Position numbers and translations under genes: made by a program
In this document: one piece after another, positions 20,034 to 31,153 of the stretch
How the letters are laid out: every line of letters starts with the position of its first letter
Numbering within the stretch: position 1 is the first letter of the stretch
Assembly: GCA_965217775.1 (NCBI GenBank)
Contig: CBDCJH010000002.1
Span: 2,976,001-3,040,000, forward strand
Source: Acidobacteriota bacterium
Lineage (GTDB): Bacteria; Acidobacteriota; UBA6911; RPQK01; JAJDTT01
Reading direction: 5' to 3'
Length of the DNA stretch: 64,000 bases
The notes under the pieces: model-generated
Database searches by the model: none
Seen by the model: the letters and a program-made list of their open reading frames with translations, nothing else
Told to the model about the DNA's origin: nothing

Positions 20034-22567
20034 AGTCACCGAACTTGGTCCGAAATCTGTTCTCCTGCGTCATGGCAAGCGTTCTTCTGGGCGCCGGGAC
20101 CCCGGCGGCGGCCGCCTCGCCAACCGTCCTGTCGCTACGTGTACTGCCGGAAGAGGTCGTGCTCCCGAACGCCGGCGCCTCTCAACGCTTTCTGATCCTG
20201 GGACGGGGAGCCGACGGTCTGGAGCGGGACGTCACCTCCCAGAGCCGGTTTTCCCTGGCTTCGAGTGGAGTCGCCCAAGTGGACCCGGCGGGACGGGTGA
20301 CTTCCCTGGCGGCAGGAGAGACCACGCTCCAGGTCCGCAGGGGCGAGTTGACGGCCCGGGCCTCGATTCGCGTCTCCAAGGCTGGAGCGCAAAGACCGTT
20401 CAGCTTTTCGCGGGATATCGGAACCATCCTCACCAAACGGGGATGCAACTCCAGCGACTGTCACGGCGGAGTCAAGGGCCGAGCCGGGTTCAAGCTCTCC
20501 ATCGACGCCCTCCATCCCCGCGACGACTACCGGTGGATCGTCCAGGGCGGAGACTACCAGGTCATGAGCGCCGAAGCAGGCGGCGCGATTGAGCCGCGAG
20601 TGGACCTGGCAGCTCCGGACCGAAGCCTCCTGTTGCAGAAACCCACGCTCCAAATCCCCCACGGCGGCGGCGAACGCATCTCCCCGGACTCGCCGGACTA
20701 CCGGGTGCTGCTGGACTGGGTCCGGCAGGGCGCCCGCTACGGCGACGAAACGGCCGAGACGGCTCGGAAGATCCGCCGGCTGGAGGTCCTCCCTTCCGAG
20801 GTGGTCCTGGAATCCGGGGCTCGCCACGGGCTGGTGGTGAGGGCCCACCTTTCGGACGGATCGCATGAGGACGTGACCGGCCAGGTGCGCTATGAATCCT
20901 CCAACCTGGAGACCGTGAAGGTGGATTCCGAAGGAACGGTTCGGGCCCTGAACCCGGGCGAAACCAGCGTCCTGGTGCGCGCTCCGGGTCACGTGGTGAG
21001 CACTCGGATCGGCGTCATCGCCGATGCCGTGACCGACTCCGTCTCCTACGCCTCGCGCAACTACATCGACGAGTACGTCCTGGCCAAACTGCGGAAGTTC
21101 CACCTCCGGCCCGCGCGCCGTTCCACCGATGCCGAGTTTCTCCGGCGCATCTGCCTGGATCTGACCGGGACCCTGCCTCCTCCCCATCGCGTCCGGGAGT
21201 TTCTGGCCAGCCGGGATCCGGACAAGCGAGAGCAGTTGGTGGACCTGCTTCTGGAGTCGTTGGAGTTCACCGACTACTGGACCTTCCGTCTGGCCGACCT
21301 GATGCGGGTCGGCCACACCGCCACCGGCATGGCCGAGCACGGACACATCTACTGGCAATGGGTCCGCGACTCGGTGGCCACCAACAAACCCTACGACCGG
21401 ATGGCAAGTGAACGGATCACGGCCCAGGGTTACGATGGGGCCTCGCGCCATTTCCTGCAAAACGGGGTCATCCCCAGGCCCGAGAACGCCATGGCCGAGC
21501 AGTTCCGGGTCTTCCTGGGACGGCGCCTGGACTGCGCCCAATGCCACAACCATCCCTATGAGTCCTGGAGCCAGGATGAATTCTGGGGCTTGGCCGCCTT
21601 CTTCAAGCGGGTCACCCGGTCCGAGTGGTCCGGGTTCGGCACTTCCTTGATCTACGACGACCCGGATGGACCCGACCCCGATTTCGGCACCGACCCCAAC
21701 AGCAAGAAAGCCATTCATCCCCGGACCGGCCGGGAAGTGGAGCCGATCCTGCCCGACGGTTCACCGGTCCCCGCCCACGCCCACTCCAGTCCCCGCCAGA
21801 CCTTTGCGCGTTGGGTGACCAACCACCCCTGGTTCGCCGAAGCTGCGGTCAACCGTTTCTGGAGCGCCATCTTCGGACGAGGCCTGGTGGAACCGGTGGA
21901 CGACTTTCGATCGACCAATCCTCCGAGTCATCCCCGGCTGCTGAAGGCCCTGGCCCGGGATTTCCGGGAGCAGGGATACGATCTGAAGCAGTTGCTCCGG
22001 CGCATGGTCCTCTCGGAGACCTACCAGCTCTCCTCCACGCCGCATCCCGACTCGGAAGCAGATCGAATCAACTACTCCCACTCCCTGCCCCGGCCCCTGG
22101 ACGCCGAAGTTCTCCTCGACGCGGTGACTTCGGTGACCGCCGTGCCCCAGACCTTCGAGACCACCGACAAGGGAATGGCGCCTCCGGGCACTCGGGCCAT
22201 CGAGCTGACCATGCCGGACATCTTCCCCTCGGCCTTCATGGACATGTACGGGAGAACCGATCGCGCGCAGGTCCCGGAGCGGAGCGTCGAGCCCAGCCTG
22301 AATCAGGCGCTTCATCTCCTGGTGGGATCGACCTATACGGAGAAACTGGCCGCTGAGGGAAGCCGTCTGGAACGCCTGATGGCTGCCGGCGCCACCGACG
22401 CCGAGATCATCGAAGATCTCTATCTCGCCGCCCTGACCCGCTATCCCCGCCCGGAAGAGCGGGACGGGCTGGAGCAACTGATCCAGCGGAATCCCTCCCG
22501 GGGAGAGGGCCTGAAGAACCTGGTCTGGGCGCTCTTGGCATCGCGGGAATTCGCCCACAACCACTGA
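20030..22567 (+). CDS. DUF1549/DUF1553 protein with Ig-like domains
   Basis: GCNSSDCHG, NYIDEYV, DAEFLRRICLDLTGTLP, LGRRLDCAQCHNHPY, GRGLVEPVDDFR, WALLASREF. ATGA overlap with the upstream gene. Confidence 0.92.
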   Translation: MKSPNLVRNLFSCVMASVLLGAGTPAAAASPTVLSLRVLPEEVVLPNAGASQRFLILGRGADGLERDVTSQSRFSLASSGVAQVDPAGRVTSLAAGETTLQVRRGELTARASIRVSKAGAQRPFSFSRDIGTILTKRGCNSSDCHGGVKGRAGFKLSIDALHPRDDYRWIVQGGDYQVMSAEAGGAIEPRVDLAAPDRSLLLQKPTLQIPHGGGERISPDSPDYRVLLDWVRQGARYGDETAETARKIRRLEVLPSEVVLESGARHGLVVRAHLSDGSHEDVTGQVRYESSNLETVKVDSEGTVRALNPGETSVLVRAPGHVVSTRIGVIADAVTDSVSYASRNYIDEYVLAKLRKFHLRPARRSTDAEFLRRICLDLTGTLPPPHRVREFLASRDPDKREQLVDLLLESLEFTDYWTFRLADLMRVGHTATGMAEHGHIYWQWVRDSVATNKPYDRMASERITAQGYDGASRHFLQNGVIPRPENAMAEQFRVFLGRRLDCAQCHNHPYESWSQDEFWGLAAFFKRVTRSEWSGFGTSLIYDDPDGPDPDFGTDPNSKKAIHPRTGREVEPILPDGSPVPAHAHSSPRQTFARWVTNHPWFAEAAVNRFWSAIFGRGLVEPVDDFRSTNPPSHPRLLKALARDFREQGYDLKQLLRRMVLSETYQLSSTPHPDSEADRINYSHSLPRPLDAEVLLDAVTSVTAVPQTFETTDKGMAPPGTRAIELTMPDIFPSAFMDMYGRTDRAQVPERSVEPSLNQALHLLVGSTYTEKLAAEGSRLERLMAAGATDAEIIEDLYLAALTRYPRPEERDGLEQLIQRNPSRGEGLKNLVWALLASREFAHNH

Positions 22568-22590
22568 GTGAACGTACTGAGAGAAACAAC

Positions 22591-23925
22591 ATGAAGTATA
22601 CGGGGTGTCTGTTGCCGACTCCGGACGTCCTGGCGAGGCGATCCTTCCTGAAGGTGGGATCTCTGAGCCTGCTGGGAATGTCCTTGAGCCGTTACCTGGA
22701 AGCCGCCCACCTCAGGGCCAAGGCGGGGAAGGACGTCGTGTCGGCCAAGGCCCGTTCTTGCATCCTCATCTGGTTGGAGGGGGGGCCCGCCCAAATGGAC
22801 ACCTGGGACCCCAAGCCCAACAGCAGCTTTGGATCCATATCCACCAACGTGCCCGGCATCCGGATCTCCGAGCTGCTCCCCAACCTGTCCCGGCATATGG
22901 ACAAGGTCTCCATTATCCGCTCCATGCAGTCGCTGGAGCCGAACCACGAGAGGGCCATCTACTACGGCCTCACCGGCCACCGGCCCACACCGGCCATGGA
23001 CTTTCCCGGCATCGGGTCCATCGTCTGCCGGGAGCTGGGCCGGATCAACCATGTCCCGCCCAACGTCGTGGTTCCGGCCAAGGCGGGCAACCGGCACTAC
23101 GACTGCCAGAAGGGGCAGTTCCTGGGGCCCGAGTTCGATCCCATGATGGTGGGGAACCCCAACGACAAGGACTTCCAGGTGCTCGACCTCAGCCTTCCCA
23201 AGACCCTCACCCGGGAACACCTGGAGGACCGGCGGACTTTCCTGAATCTGGTGGACGGGTACTACCGGAAGAAGATCCGGACCGCCGAGCACACCAAGAT
23301 GGACCGTTTCAGCCAACAGGCCCTGGAGATGATCACGTCCCCGGAGGTGCGCCAAGCTTTCGACCTGAGCCGGGAATCGGAGAAGACCCGGGACGCCTAC
23401 GGCCGGACCAGCTTCGGCCAGAGCCTCCTTCTGGCCCGGCGCCTGGTGGAGTCGGGAAGCCGATTCATCACGGCGGCCGGCCACGACCTCAACGGCTGGG
23501 ACACCCACTCCGACAACGACCGCCGGAACCTCAAGCAGACGGCAAAGCTGGACGAATCCCTGCCGGTCCTGCTGGAGGACCTCCACCAGCGGGGCCTGTG
23601 GGAGTCCACCGTGGTGGTGGTCATGGGCGAGTTCGGACGCAGCCCCCACCACAACTCCAAGGCGGGAAGAGACCACTGGCCCCACTGCTGGTCCCTGCTA
23701 TTGGGAGGCGGCGGGATCGAAGGCGGCAAGGTGGTGGGCGCCAGCGACGACCGCGGAGCCTACGTGGCGGAGCGAAGGGTCACCATCGGGGACCTGTTCG
23801 CCACCCTCTACAAGGCCTTCGGCATCGACTGGCACAAGGAGTACATGAGCCCCATCGGCCGCCCCGTGAAGATCGCCAACTCCATCGACGACGAGACGGG
23901 TCAGCCGGTTTCGGAGTTGATTTAG
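22591..23925 (+). CDS. DUF1501 domain-containing Tat-exported protein
   Basis: RRSFLKVG, WLEGGPAQMDTWDPKP, GQSLLLARRLVESG, WDTH, MGEFGRSP, GRDHW. Confidence 0.93.
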   Translation: MKYTGCLLPTPDVLARRSFLKVGSLSLLGMSLSRYLEAAHLRAKAGKDVVSAKARSCILIWLEGGPAQMDTWDPKPNSSFGSISTNVPGIRISELLPNLSRHMDKVSIIRSMQSLEPNHERAIYYGLTGHRPTPAMDFPGIGSIVCRELGRINHVPPNVVVPAKAGNRHYDCQKGQFLGPEFDPMMVGNPNDKDFQVLDLSLPKTLTREHLEDRRTFLNLVDGYYRKKIRTAEHTKMDRFSQQALEMITSPEVRQAFDLSRESEKTRDAYGRTSFGQSLLLARRLVESGSRFITAAGHDLNGWDTHSDNDRRNLKQTAKLDESLPVLLEDLHQRGLWESTVVVVMGEFGRSPHHNSKAGRDHWPHCWSLLLGGGGIEGGKVVGASDDRGAYVAERRVTIGDLFATLYKAFGIDWHKEYMSPIGRPVKIANSIDDETGQPVSELI

Positions 23926-23942
23926 CTGAATCGGGCGCCGTC

Positions 23943-24026
23943 GTAGGGGCGATCCTTGTGTGGTCGCCCTCTGCCCGCAGCACCGGCGGTGGAACGGAAG
24001 AGGGCACCCACAAGGGGTGCCCCTAC
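23943..24026. repeat. REP doublet (REPIN-like), copy 1
   Basis: GTAGGGGCGATCC...GTCGCCC-spacer-GGGCACCCACAAGGGGTGCCCCTAC: two inverted REPs. Confidence 0.88.
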
Positions 24027-24180
24027 CGATCTTATTTTTTCCCGGGTTGGCCGCGCCCAGTTTTTTACAGCGCTTGGGGGAGCCACTCGGCAACGGCCTT
24101 TCGCCGCCTCGCTGCTTGACGCTCTCGATCTTCTTCCTTCATGAGCTGAACCTTGCTGGGTGGTACGCGTGGTACGCAAC

Positions 24181-24262
24181 GTAGGGGCGACCCTTGTGGT
24201 CGCCCTCTGCCCGCAGCACCGGCAGTGGAATGGAAGAGGGCACCCACAAGGGGTGCCCCTAC
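24181..24262. repeat. REP doublet (REPIN-like), copy 2
   Basis: Near-identical direct repeat of 23943-24026, including the internal spacer. Confidence 0.88.
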
Positions 24263-24286
24263 GTTCAAAAGGGGCCGCCCACGAGG

Positions 24287-24313
24287 CGTATGGTATCAGG
24301 ACATCCTTTACAC
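24287..24313. mobile_element. Possible solitary IS481-like terminal sequence
   Basis: CGTATGGTATCAGGACATCCTTTACAC resembles recalled IS481-family ends (TGT..CAGGACATC..TACAC). No transposase nearby. Confidence 0.3.
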
Positions 24314-24536
24314 ATCACAAGCACAGAAAGGGACGACCAGCAGACAGCCTATTGGGCGGTTCCTGTGATCTGGGTCGTTCGGTGCCGCGGTGGCACGTCC
24401 CGGAAAGACGACTCCCGAAAAATAGACTGTCCCCTCTTTCGCTTTGGAAGAGCGCTTTGGAAGAGGGGCGCCCCTGTCGTCGTTCGTCGTTGCAAGCTGA
24501 GGGGGTTTCGGCGCCGGTCGAGTGCCGGGCCAACCG

Positions 24537-25691
24537 TTACGTCGAGTCGTCGAGGGCAAGTTTCCCCAGTCGTTTGAGAAAACTCCACTTGCGTGCATGC
24601 CGGTGGCAGATTGATCGGACCCGTTTCGAGAACTCCTCCGTCGTACCATCCTCTTCGGCCAGTGTCCGGAGGTCGAAGATCAAGCCGGCCGCCCGATCGT
24701 AGCCGCTGGCATTGCGTCTTCCGATCTCCGTTTCGATCTCGCCCCAGACTCTCTCCCCCCGCTTCCTGACGGCTTTGATTCGTGCACGCCGCGCCCGCTC
24801 GGCCTCTTCCGCCTGCCGACGTCGTTCGGCCTCCACCCGTTTGGCCGTCGCGACCCGCCGCGCTTCGCGGATCTCCTCCACCCGGCCGCGCAGGTCCGCA
24901 ACCGTCCGGCGCCTGGCTTGTGGCTCACCTGCCGACAGTGTGACCGCCTCACGAACCCTGCGCTGGACTTCGACCATCACATGCGGATCGCCATCGACGA
25001 GGCGCCGGAGAAGCGCTGTCATCTCCTCGTGGGGGATGGCCTCGACCGCCCTGCGGCGCGCGGCCGCGGATACCTTTCCGAGATCCGCGTTCAGGGGGAC
25101 TTCGGCGGCGACCTGCACCAGATCCGGATCGATATGGAAGAAATTGCCGAACGCTTCGAGCGAACCGGTGAGGGGACCGATGCCCGGCAGCGGCTCGTTT
25201 TCGTCATCCTCCAGGTCTCCGGCTTCTACCGCCGTCAACCAGAGGAGGTAGAAGAGCCTCAGATCACCCGAGAGCAGGTCGGAGCGCAACGGCGCCATCG
25301 CGCCAAGCAAGCCGGGGCCGTCGTCCAAATGGTCGTATTCATACTCCTCGTCTTCGGACCAGATGTCGACGATCAGATTCCTTCCCGAAACCCGGACCTG
25401 GACCCCGTCGACCTCACGCAGGAAGACCTTCAACCGCGAACGGGCCAGGAACCGCTTGGGCACTCGGATCATGAGCCGCCTCGTCCCCCAATTGGCGAGA
25501 TAGAGATGCAGGTCGAACCAGCGCTCCATCATATTTTCGGGATTGCCGCCGAAGTCGCCCCAGTTGTAGTGATTGACGAAGCTCGTGGCGGTGATCCGCG
25601 CCCGTGTCGACAGCCCTCCCAGGGCCCGCATGTCCGCCTCGCCGAGTGGCCGGTCGATGGCTTGAAACTCGTAATACTGATATTCGCTCAA
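24537..25691 (-). CDS. Conserved hypothetical protein (MSEYQYYEF..DRPL family)
   Basis: N-terminus MSEYQYYEFQAIDRPL..LSTRARITATSFVNHYNWGDF, helical C-terminus with YDRAA..LxDL. TTG start. Confidence 0.8.
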   Translation of the reverse strand: MSEYQYYEFQAIDRPLGEADMRALGGLSTRARITATSFVNHYNWGDFGGNPENMMERWFDLHLYLANWGTRRLMIRVPKRFLARSRLKVFLREVDGVQVRVSGRNLIVDIWSEDEEYEYDHLDDGPGLLGAMAPLRSDLLSGDLRLFYLLWLTAVEAGDLEDDENEPLPGIGPLTGSLEAFGNFFHIDPDLVQVAAEVPLNADLGKVSAAARRRAVEAIPHEEMTALLRRLVDGDPHVMVEVQRRVREAVTLSAGEPQARRRTVADLRGRVEEIREARRVATAKRVEAERRRQAEEAERARRARIKAVRKRGERVWGEIETEIGRRNASGYDRAAGLIFDLRTLAEEDGTTEEFSKRVRSICHRHARKWSFLKRLGKLALDDST

Positions 25692-25925
25692 TGACAGGCC
25701 CCCTTTCGGGTGGTGGGATGAAACATGTCTTCCGTTTCACGCGGGCCAAAGGATACCGGTCCTGTACCCAGGCCATCGTCTATCGTTCGCCGTGCCGACT
25801 CCGAACGGTTCAGAACCGGCTGCAAGCACCATGCGGCCTTCGCTTCGAACCGGGCGCCGACGAATCGTGGCGTGGTGTCAGGATTTTCCGACAAGGAGGG
25901 GCGGGACCGCTGCCGCGACTCCGCC

Positions 25926-27359
<1,434 letters not shown>

Positions 27360-27544
27360 GAGTCTGGATTCCCTTCCATCAAATCTGATATCGATCGCCG
27401 GAAGCCCGGGAATGAACGTCCCGAACGGCACTGAACCCGGCGTCCAGGGTGCGACGACCCTTTCCCAAGGGTAGTTAGGATAGCAGAAAGTCAGCCAACC
27501 GGAGCCGTCCGGGGTTCCGGAGCAGAGTTCCAGGCGGCGTCCTT

Positions 27545-27991
27545 CTACCGCCTGCGGGACGCCTCATAAAACTTGATGTAGTCCTCCACCGAGGTGCCGG
27601 CGACGGTCTCGGCAATGAGGTCCGGAGGCAGGTCTTCCACCCGCCTGAAGCGGACGCACGACTTGCCCATGTTGAGTTTTTTCCCGCTTGCCTTGAACCT
27701 CTCCTCGAACCGGATCCTGGATTCCCGGTGGCTGTAGACGCACATCAGGTAAAGGGACATGTACCGCTTCTGAGAGGCCAGAGCAGCGTACATGAGGGGC
27801 TGCTTGTTGTACGTCTCGGGATAACGCTCCAAGGGAATCTCATAAGTGATCATCCCCCAGTTCATGGTCTCGACATAACCTGGCGGCAGGTTGTCCAAGA
27901 CCAACTCCCTCACCGCCTGAATCTCCTCCCGGCGGTCCGGGACAAGCTCTTGCAAGTACTCCTCGACCGTGGCGGCAGCGCTTCTGACCAT
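27545..27991 (-). CDS. DUF1801 (YdhG-like) domain protein
   Basis: [49 protein letters not shown]. Confidence 0.85.
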   Translation of the reverse strand: MVRSAAATVEEYLQELVPDRREEIQAVRELVLDNLPPGYVETMNWGMITYEIPLERYPETYNKQPLMYAALASQKRYMSLYLMCVYSHRESRIRFEERFKASGKKLNMGKSCVRFRRVEDLPPDLIAETVAGTSVEDYIKFYEASRRR

Positions 27992-28089
27992 GGGTTCACC
28001 CTATCAGAATCGATCCGCCGGCATCCCAGGAATCTCGTGGCCTCCCGGCTGTTGCCGAAGCCGACTTCCGCGGGAGAGAATCAGCGGCC

Positions 28090-31000
28090 ATGCGATGGTC
28101 TCGTCTCCTGCTCGGACTGCTGTTCCTCTACGGCTGCGGCGAGAGTAACGAAACCGGTCCGCTCTCACCGGAGGAGTCGCTGGCCGGTTTTCAGCACCCC
28201 GGTGACGTCCGGATAGAGATCTTTGCCGCCGAACCGTATGTAAGGGACCCGGTCGACCTGGTATTCGACGAGGAGGGGAGAGCCTTCGTGGCCGAGATGC
28301 TGGACTACCCCTACGACCCTCCACCGGGGCAGCCGCCTCGGAGCCGGATCCGGGTCCTGGAAGATCGGGACGGCGACGGTAGAGTGGACCACTCGGTGGT
28401 CTTCGCCGACGGGATTCTCCAACTCAAAGGCTTGGCCTTGTGGGATGGAGGCGTCATTGCCTCCGCGGCGCCGGACCTACTCTACTTCAAGGACACGGAC
28501 GGCGACCTCCGCGCGGATGAACGGCGAGTCCTGTTTACCGGCTTCGAAGTGGGTCAGCCTCAGGGGCGGGTGAGCAACCTTCGCTACTCCCTGGACAACT
28601 GGATCTACGTCTCGAACGACGGACATCCGGGACGGGTCAGGTCTCCGGACCGGCCCGGGGCCGACTCGATCTCGGTCCTGGGAACCGATTTCCGGTTCCG
28701 CCCCGGCCGGGGCGTTTTCGAAGCGGCTTCGGGAGCCGCCCGCTTCGGCCAGACCTTCGACGATTGGGGCCACCGCTTCGTTACGCGGACCGGAACCCAC
28801 GTCCTGCACGTGCTCCTGCCCCGCCGCTATTTGGAGAGAAACCCCTACCTGGCAGCGCCCGCTGAGATCATCCGGGACGTCTCGGACCATGACCGCCGCA
28901 TCTACTCCCGGACGCCACCCGAAAAGTGGCGCGAACTCCGAACCCGGGTGAGACAGGAGCGTTCCGATCAGATGGGCCTGGGGCGCACCGGACAAGTCCA
29001 GGGGTACTTCACCGGCGCGACGGGGGGCACCGTCTATTCGGGCGACCGGCTTCCGCCGTCCTACCGGGGAAACCTCTTTACGGGAGGAGTCGCCGGGAAT
29101 CTGGTTCACCGGGATCTGCTGGCGCCGAGCGGCATCAGCTTCGTGGCCAGCCGCGCGCCGGAAGAACAGCACCGTGAGTTCCTGTCGTCCACCGATCCCT
29201 GGTTCCGGCCCGTTCAGTTCACCACCGGCTGGGACGGGAACCTCTACATCGTGGACATCTATCGAGAGCTGGTGGAGGATCCCGAGTCGATCCCGGAGCC
29301 CATCAAGCGGGATCTGGACTTCTATGCCGGGACCGACCGGGGCCGAATCTATCGGGTCGCCTCCGCCCGCGATCCGGCTCCGGCTCCCGTAAAGCCGTCC
29401 CTGACCGGAAAGGACCCCCGGAGCCTGGTTCGGCTTCTCTCCCATCCCAACCGCTGGTGGAGACTCACCGCTCAGCGCCTGCTGGTCCAGCGTCAGGAGA
29501 ACTCGGCCGTCGCGGAACTGAAGCACACCGTTCGCCAGGGAGCATCCGCCAAGGGCCGCTTGCACGCGTTGAATGCCTTGGAGGGGCTCTCCGCACTGGA
29601 TTCCGAAACCCTGACCCTGGCGCTGAAGGACTCGGTCCCAGGGGTGCGGGAGCATGCCGTCCGGATGGCTGAGGAGTTTCCCCGACTGCTCCCGAGACTG
29701 CTGGCAATGCCGGTGGGAGAGGAGCCGCGGGTCGGGTTCCAACTGGCCTTGAGTCTGGGCCGGTTCCAGGGCGAAGCCGTCACCCGGGCCCTGTCCCGGT
29801 TGGCTCTGCACCAGAGCCTGACACCCGGCTTTCGGGCAGCCATCCTGAGCTCGGAGGCCGGGTCCTCGCCGGATCTTGTAGAACATCTGCTGAACCTGGA
29901 CTTCTTCGGAGCAGCGGATCGGAAGCGGAGGGAAGAATTTCTGGAGGAACTCGCGGCCGTGATCGGTGCCCGTCAACGGCCAACGGAGATCAGGCGAATC
30001 CTGGAACTGGTTTTTCGATCTCGCGGTTTGGCGAACGAGGCCTGGCAGGGAGCCGGACTCGACGGACTGGCTCAGGGTCTGGAAATGGGAAGGGTCGCCG
30101 GCCTGGATCCGGCAGGCGCCCGAACCGCGCTCCGGCAACTATTGGAAACGGGTTCGACCCGCGTCCGTACGGCGGCGGCTCGTGTGTCCCGGCACTTCCG
30201 GATGCCGCGGCTTCGAGCTCAGGCCCGCCGGCAGGCATTGGACCCAAGCGCCTCGCCCCAGCAGCGGATACAGGCCGTCCGCACCCTGGCAAGTGTCCGA
30301 TTTCGGGACGCGCGTCCCATTTTCGGACACTTTTTGGATTCCGTTTCCGATTCCGCCCTGCGTTCCGAGGTTTTTCGGCTCCTGGGAGGATACGGCGACG
30401 TGGAGGTCGGCGACCTGATTATCTCCCGCTGGAGCACCCTCTCTCCGCGCGAGCGGCGGGCCGCCCTTCACGCCCTGATCGCCCACCGCGGACGCGCGTC
30501 CCGATTGCTGGACGCGCTGGAGCGGGGGACCGTGGAGACGGCGGCGTTGGAGCAGGACCACCGGGTCCTGCTGGCCCAGCACCCGGACGAAGCGATTCGG
30601 AATCGAGCCCTGGCCCTGCTGCGGCCCGACTCCCCGGACGAGAGGGATCGTGTGGTGCAGCACTACCGGAAAGTTCTGGACCTGGCCGCCGACTCGGAGC
30701 GGGGAGAGCAGGTCTTCGAGCGGGAGTGCGCCCGTTGTCACCAACCCCAGGAAGGGGACGCTGTGGGCCCGGATCTTCGCGTCGGGGTGCAGGGACACAC
30801 CCGGGAGGAGTTGCTCCAGGCCATTCTGAATCCCAACGCCCAGATCCTGGGCCTGTTCCAGAACTACATCGTGACCACCCGCGAGGGTCTGGTCTACGGC
30901 GGCGTCCTGGCGGCGGAGGGTCCCGGAAGCCTGACGTTGCGCAGCGGCCCCGGAGAGGAGGAGACGATTCTGAGGGCCCGCATCTCCGAAATCCGTGCGT

Positions 31001-31104
31001 CCCAGGTTTCGCTGATGCCCGAGGGTCTGGAAGAGAACATCGACCCGCAGGAGATGGCGGACCTCATCGCCTATATCCAAGCTGGAGACATGCTGGAGGA
31101 CTGA
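28090..31104 (+). CDS. PVC-type membrane-bound dehydrogenase / heme c CxxCH lipoprotein with HEAT-like repeats
   Basis: LYGC lipobox, FAAEPYVRDPV, LEDRDGDGRVD, FRPV, CARCH, GPDL, SLMPEGLE. Confidence 0.9.
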   Translation: MRWSRLLLGLLFLYGCGESNETGPLSPEESLAGFQHPGDVRIEIFAAEPYVRDPVDLVFDEEGRAFVAEMLDYPYDPPPGQPPRSRIRVLEDRDGDGRVDHSVVFADGILQLKGLALWDGGVIASAAPDLLYFKDTDGDLRADERRVLFTGFEVGQPQGRVSNLRYSLDNWIYVSNDGHPGRVRSPDRPGADSISVLGTDFRFRPGRGVFEAASGAARFGQTFDDWGHRFVTRTGTHVLHVLLPRRYLERNPYLAAPAEIIRDVSDHDRRIYSRTPPEKWRELRTRVRQERSDQMGLGRTGQVQGYFTGATGGTVYSGDRLPPSYRGNLFTGGVAGNLVHRDLLAPSGISFVASRAPEEQHREFLSSTDPWFRPVQFTTGWDGNLYIVDIYRELVEDPESIPEPIKRDLDFYAGTDRGRIYRVASARDPAPAPVKPSLTGKDPRSLVRLLSHPNRWWRLTAQRLLVQRQENSAVAELKHTVRQGASAKGRLHALNALEGLSALDSETLTLALKDSVPGVREHAVRMAEEFPRLLPRLLAMPVGEEPRVGFQLALSLGRFQGEAVTRALSRLALHQSLTPGFRAAILSSEAGSSPDLVEHLLNLDFFGAADRKRREEFLEELAAVIGARQRPTEIRRILELVFRSRGLANEAWQGAGLDGLAQGLEMGRVAGLDPAGARTALRQLLETGSTRVRTAAARVSRHFRMPRLRAQARRQALDPSASPQQRIQAVRTLASVRFRDARPIFGHFLDSVSDSALRSEVFRLLGGYGDVEVGDLIISRWSTLSPRERRAALHALIAHRGRASRLLDALERGTVETAALEQDHRVLLAQHPDEAIRNRALALLRPDSPDERDRVVQHYRKVLDLAADSERGEQVFERECARCHQPQEGDAVGPDLRVGVQGHTREELLQAILNPNAQILGLFQNYIVTTREGLVYGGVLAAEGPGSLTLRSGPGEEETILRARISEIRASQVSLMPEGLEENIDPQEMADLIAYIQAGDMLED

Positions 31105-31153
31105 CGGAAGTCCGTAGCGAAGCCCCGCATCGCCCGTTCTTCAGTCCTCGGCG

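Noticed and set aside
23943-24262. CRISPR array
   Set aside because: Only two units of about 83 bp, matching dispersed REPs. No regular spacers and no cas genes.
27360-27545. Canonical SAH riboswitch
   Set aside because: Conserved GAGGAGCG / CCAGGCUC-type core not seen on the coding strand. Kept only as a structured-leader candidate.
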